Positions 60,596-64,000 of a stretch of 64,000 nucleotides of DNA are shown piece after piece. The DNA comes from Oscillospiraceae bacterium. GTDB taxonomy: Bacteria; Bacillota; Clostridia; Oscillospirales; Oscillospiraceae. Within the stretch, counting starts at the first letter, position 1; each line of letters opens with the position of its first letter. The position numbers and the translations under genes are program-made. The notes below the pieces were generated by a model. It ran no database searches, was not told the DNA's origin, and was given only the letters and a program-made list of their open reading frames with translations. The stretch is from the NCBI GenBank assembly GCA_009783555.1, contig WRDH01000002.1, positions 61,314 to 125,313 of the forward strand. Direction: 5' to 3'.

Positions 60596-60820
60596 ATGCC
60601 AAAAGATGATAAGCCGCAGCAAAATGAGTTTGCCCGTGCCTTATCGTTTTTTTTGCAAATCAGTGTCACTATAATCGCATGTCTTGCAGTTGGACTGCTA
60701 TTAGGATGGTGGCTTGACAGATTACTTGATACATCCCCGTGGTTGTTAATGGTATTCACATTTTTAGGCGTGGGGGCGGCATTTAAATCAATATTTGACT
60801 TTGCCAGGAAAATTAAGTAA
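60596..60820 (+). CDS. atpZ: AtpZ/AtpI-family small membrane protein preceding the ATP synthase operon. The likely start is ATG 60596, preceded by a GGAGGA ribosome-binding site.
   Basis: Two TM helices with an LGWWLD...T.P motif; position upstream of the atp genes. Confidence 0.6.
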   Translation: MPKDDKPQQNEFARALSFFLQISVTIIACLAVGLLLGWWLDRLLDTSPWLLMVFTFLGVGAAFKSIFDFARKIK

Positions 60821-60914
60821 ATGGAGAGTTTAACAGGTATAAAATATAGATGTCTATAAGCTAATAGACCCGGATGATGGGGATTTTTATAGTAAATTAC
60901 TGAGTAAAGAATGG

Positions 60915-61568
60915 TTGAATGTGAGAATGGAAGATAATAATAAACTTGAACCTTTTCTACCGTCGATGTGGATCAAAAGAATGATTTTGATCACGGCACT
61001 TGTGATAATCATTATTGGAGCCATTGTTTATCGTTCGCTTGCCGTGTTCCCTTTTGCGCTTGGCGTTTTAGCAACCTCGGGACTTAACATTCTATTATAT
61101 GGAATGATTGAACGTACAGTGCGGAAGGTATTGTCTATGGAAGATCAAGTACACGGTAAAAACATCGTAACATTACACAGTATGCTGCGGTTTCTTATTA
61201 CCGGTGCTGTGCTTGCTATAATAGGTGTAATCCACAGCTTTACATCTCCGCCGCCGTTGTATAATCCGGACAGATTATACATTAATATATGGGCTTCGAT
61301 ATTTCCGGGTGCGCCCGAGTCACTCCTGACCGCGCCGTTTATCAGTTTATGGGGAGCACTCTTTGGTGTTTTCACACTTAAACTATCGCTAAAGCTTATA
61401 GGCTTCCTGAAGCTGGAAAAAGATGGTGAACATTTTGTTAAATATGTTGACGATGATGAAGAAAAAAAAGATAGTGAAAATGGCGAGGATGTTGACAATT
61501 TCAACGAAAACTCCGTACCGGACGGTGATAACGCTTCGGATAGTTCAACAGAAGCTGAATCTAAATAA
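60915..61568 (+). CDS. Hypothetical membrane protein (possible AtpI-like) with an acidic C-terminal tail
   Basis: Four predicted TM helices; DDDEEKKDSENGEDVDNFNE tail; lies between atpZ and atpB. Confidence 0.45.
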   Translation: MNVRMEDNNKLEPFLPSMWIKRMILITALVIIIIGAIVYRSLAVFPFALGVLATSGLNILLYGMIERTVRKVLSMEDQVHGKNIVTLHSMLRFLITGAVLAIIGVIHSFTSPPPLYNPDRLYINIWASIFPGAPESLLTAPFISLWGALFGVFTLKLSLKLIGFLKLEKDGEHFVKYVDDDEEKKDSENGEDVDNFNENSVPDGDNASDSSTEAESK

Positions 61569-61649
61569 CTCTAAATAGAATGTAAACTATTGACAACAAT
61601 TTATACATAATATATAATTTCCCTCGGTATTCAAATTGGTTAATTCTTA

Positions 61650-62390
61650 TTGAAATCTCAACAAAAGGAAGCGGTTTTCGTGATTGATCTTGAAATTAAG
61701 AATTACGCAGTACTCAGACTATTCGGAATCGATATATGGATTACCGACACAACAGTTTCTACATGGATAATTATGGGAGTTTTGATTATCTTTGGTATAA
61801 TTGTGCGCATTAAATCGCGCAAGTTTAAGGAAGTCCCAAAAGGCTTTCAAAATGCCGTAGAGGCAATTGTTGAGGTGTTCGAGAGTTATTTAAGAACAAC
61901 AATAGGCGACAAACTTATGTTTCTCGGCAGCTGGTTCTTCACTTTGTTTTTATTCATTTTATTATCAAATCTGAGCGGTCTTTTACCAATGATGCGCACA
62001 CCCACCGCAGACTGGTCGATGACGTTCGGACTGGCTCTTGTTACATTTATATTAATACAGGCTATGGGCGTTAAGTACCGTAAAGCCGGTTATATAAAGG
62101 ATTTATTTGCTCCGCTTCCATGGTGGTGCCCAATACCGCTATTTCTCCCGATTAATCTTATAGGTGAAGTTGCAAGACCTATCTCTCTAAGCTTCCGTCT
62201 CTTCGGCAATATGCTCGCAGGACTTATAATGATGTCCCTTATATATGCTCTCTTTCCGCCGTTTGTTACATTCGTCATACCATCGGCACTACACGCGTAT
62301 TTTGACCTTTTCAGCGGTGTATTGCAAACCTACATCTTTGTAACACTAAGTATGACCTTTATATCAGGAGCAGCCGCAGTCGCTGATTAA
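61650..62390 (+). CDS. atpB: F0 ATP synthase subunit a. The true start may be an internal GTG near 61680.
   Basis: LSFRLFGNMLAG with the essential Arg; five TM helices. Confidence 0.92.
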   Translation: MKSQQKEAVFVIDLEIKNYAVLRLFGIDIWITDTTVSTWIIMGVLIIFGIIVRIKSRKFKEVPKGFQNAVEAIVEVFESYLRTTIGDKLMFLGSWFFTLFLFILLSNLSGLLPMMRTPTADWSMTFGLALVTFILIQAMGVKYRKAGYIKDLFAPLPWWCPIPLFLPINLIGEVARPISLSFRLFGNMLAGLIMMSLIYALFPPFVTFVIPSALHAYFDLFSGVLQTYIFVTLSMTFISGAAAVAD

Positions 62391-62494
62391 AACTAACCCT
62401 GTTAATTAAATGATAAATGAAGAAAGGTAATTACGACCAACTCACATTAATCATTAATTATAAAATCATTAAAATATGAATCGGAGGAATAACA

Positions 62495-62788
62495 ATGGAA
62501 GCTTTAGCAATGGTAATAGTTGCCGCTCAATATGCGGCTGCACTGGCGGTCTTCGCCGGAGTCATCACTACACTCGGTCAAGCACAAATTGCGGCAAAAG
62601 CAATTGAATCAATCGCACGCCAACCGGAAGCCAGAGGCAGTATAAGCACATCAATGATTATAGGTCTTGCAATGGCTGAAACGAACGGTATTTACGGACT
62701 TGTCGTTTCAATGCTGCTCCTATTCGTCAATCCCTTACTTGATCGCTTTGTCACAATGGCGAATGCACTAGGTCAATATCTCGGTTAA
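62495..62788 (+). CDS. atpE: F0 ATP synthase subunit c carrying a Q...E-T-x-x-x-Y Na+-binding-type signature
   Basis: Helix 1 LGQAQIAAKAIESIARQPEA; helix 2 AMAETNGIYGLVV...NP; GGAGGA ribosome-binding site. Confidence 0.9.
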   Translation: MEALAMVIVAAQYAAALAVFAGVITTLGQAQIAAKAIESIARQPEARGSISTSMIIGLAMAETNGIYGLVVSMLLLFVNPLLDRFVTMANALGQYLG

Positions 62789-62859
62789 AAACTCTGTTTC
62801 TGCAGGTTGCGGCTCTAGTTCTCCCGCACTAATCTCCTAACATAAAGAGGGTGATTTAT

Positions 62860-63423
62860 TTGGATTTAGGATTTCTGCTTCCATCCGCGTTGGAAATAGT
62901 ATTTCCGCCGGATCGCGTCTTTGACATCGATCAGCAAACGCTCGTTCAAATCATTGCAAACATAATAAATGTTGCAGTGCTTGCGGCTTTCCTTGCATAT
63001 CTGCTGTATAAGCCTGTCCGTGACATCTTGAACAAACGGACAACCAAGATTCAAGGACAGCTCATTCAGGCTGAAGAAGAGCTTGAAAAAGCTACTGAGC
63101 TTAGGCGCAAGTATGAACAGATAATGGAAGATGTCGAGCGAGAACGCGAAGATATACTAGGCGAAGCCCGCAAGGTTGCCGCCGACTCAAGCCGTCGGCT
63201 TATTGCCGATGCAAAAAAAGAAGCTGACACCATCAGAGAGCGCGCCGCTGCCAATGTTGAAATGGAATGGGAACGCGCGGAAAACGATATGAGAACCGCC
63301 ATAATCGATGTTTCGGCAGTTATGGCGGAGAAATTCGTATCACTTGCCATTAATAAAGAAACGCATGACAGGCTCTTTAATGAAACAATGAACGATTTGG
63401 AAGGAATGACATGGAGAGATTAA
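62860..63423 (+). CDS. atpF: F0 ATP synthase subunit b. The start is uncertain (GTG 62851 or TTG 62860).
   Basis: N-terminal TM helix then a long charged coiled coil; position in the operon. Confidence 0.85.
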   Translation: MDLGFLLPSALEIVFPPDRVFDIDQQTLVQIIANIINVAVLAAFLAYLLYKPVRDILNKRTTKIQGQLIQAEEELEKATELRRKYEQIMEDVEREREDILGEARKVAADSSRRLIADAKKEADTIRERAAANVEMEWERAENDMRTAIIDVSAVMAEKFVSLAINKETHDRLFNETMNDLEGMTWRD

Positions 63424-63950
63424 GTGTTATCTATGCTTCAGCACTTTTTGATATAGCCATACAGCAAGATGCCGTCGATGATTTTCTCATGCAGACAAAC
63501 TTCTTGCTTGAAGCTCTTTCCGATGAAGAATTCCAACGTGTACTGGTTCATCCGCAAATCGCCGCCTCAGAGAAGCAAAAGATATTTACTGAAGCTTTTG
63601 CAGGAAAAATTAATGAAGATTTGCTCGGTTTTCTATATCTGGTGGCTGATAAAAACCGTGAAGCGTACCTGATACCCGCGCTTAACGCTCTTGTTGATTT
63701 ATTTAAGCGCCATAATAAAATAGTAACGGCTAAGGTTTTGTCCGCTGCTCCGTATGACAAGAAACAAGCCGAATCGCTTAGGGAGATGCTTTCAACAAAG
63801 CTTGATAAAACAGTTGAGCTGGAATTGAAGGTTGATCCATCCTTAATCGGTGGTCCGTATATATTTGTGGACGGCTGCTATATAGACTGGACGGTTAAAA
63901 AGCGTCTTCGCGATATGACCATCCATATGAAAGAGGGGTGCCGCGCGTGA
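63411..63950 (+). CDS. atpH: F1 ATP synthase subunit delta
   Basis: 179 aa, OSCP-like; between atpF and atpA. Confidence 0.85.
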   Translation: MERLSVIYASALFDIAIQQDAVDDFLMQTNFLLEALSDEEFQRVLVHPQIAASEKQKIFTEAFAGKINEDLLGFLYLVADKNREAYLIPALNALVDLFKRHNKIVTAKVLSAAPYDKKQAESLREMLSTKLDKTVELELKVDPSLIGGPYIFVDGCYIDWTVKKRLRDMTIHMKEGCRA

Positions 63951-64000
63951 CACTGAAACCCGATGAAATTAGCTCGGTAATAAAACAACAAATCCATGCC
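63946..64000 (+). CDS. atpA: F1 ATP synthase subunit alpha, 5-prime end only. GTG start overlaps the atpH stop; the gene continues beyond the window.
   Basis: VTLKPDEISSVIKQQI matches a conserved atpA N-terminus. Confidence 0.8.

Overview
This window reads as a Firmicutes (Clostridia-type) chromosomal core region, apparently from an acetogen. Nearly all of it is conserved housekeeping genes. In order along the window: glycolysis genes tpiA and pgk, then a VanW-family protein, a HemW-like radical SAM protein, gap and pyk. Next come a two-component system with comEA, a DacB-like protein, tmcAL, ackA, mutS2 and ptsH, followed by rplU-rpmA, an REC-GGDEF regulator, and the recO-era-ybeY-phoH block. 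After a frameshifted rqcH, mrnC and yihY lies a compact dcw cluster running mraZ-rsmH-ftsL-pbp2B-murE-mraY-ftsW-murG-ftsQ-ftsZ, which lacks ftsA, murD and murF. The remainder holds thrC, yraN-rnhB-rbgA-lepB-rplS, rpsU, a flotillin/NfeD/DUF1836 module, rplJ-rplL, a minimal CODH/ACS module (cooS-cooC-acsB), family-4 UDG, a GNAT protein, pcrA, and the start of an F1Fo ATP synthase operon (atpZ, a membrane protein, atpB, atpE, atpF, atpH and the 5' end of atpA). I found no CRISPR array, prophage, transposase or obvious multi-gene defence or accessory island. I could not identify an obvious novel system. The most unusual signals are, in order: (1) a pair of ~142-bp structured repeat elements in inverted orientation, 14 kb apart; (2) an rqcH gene split by a frameshift at a homopolymer; (3) a PBP5/DacB-fold protein with all three catalytic motifs degenerate; (4) a 21-residue poly-proline tract in the FtsZ linker; (5) a c-subunit carrying a Q/E/T/Y Na+-binding-type signature alongside Wood-Ljungdahl genes; and (6) several large palindromes and inverted repeats in intergenic regions. 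All calls come from reading the supplied translations and sequence. No database search was run.
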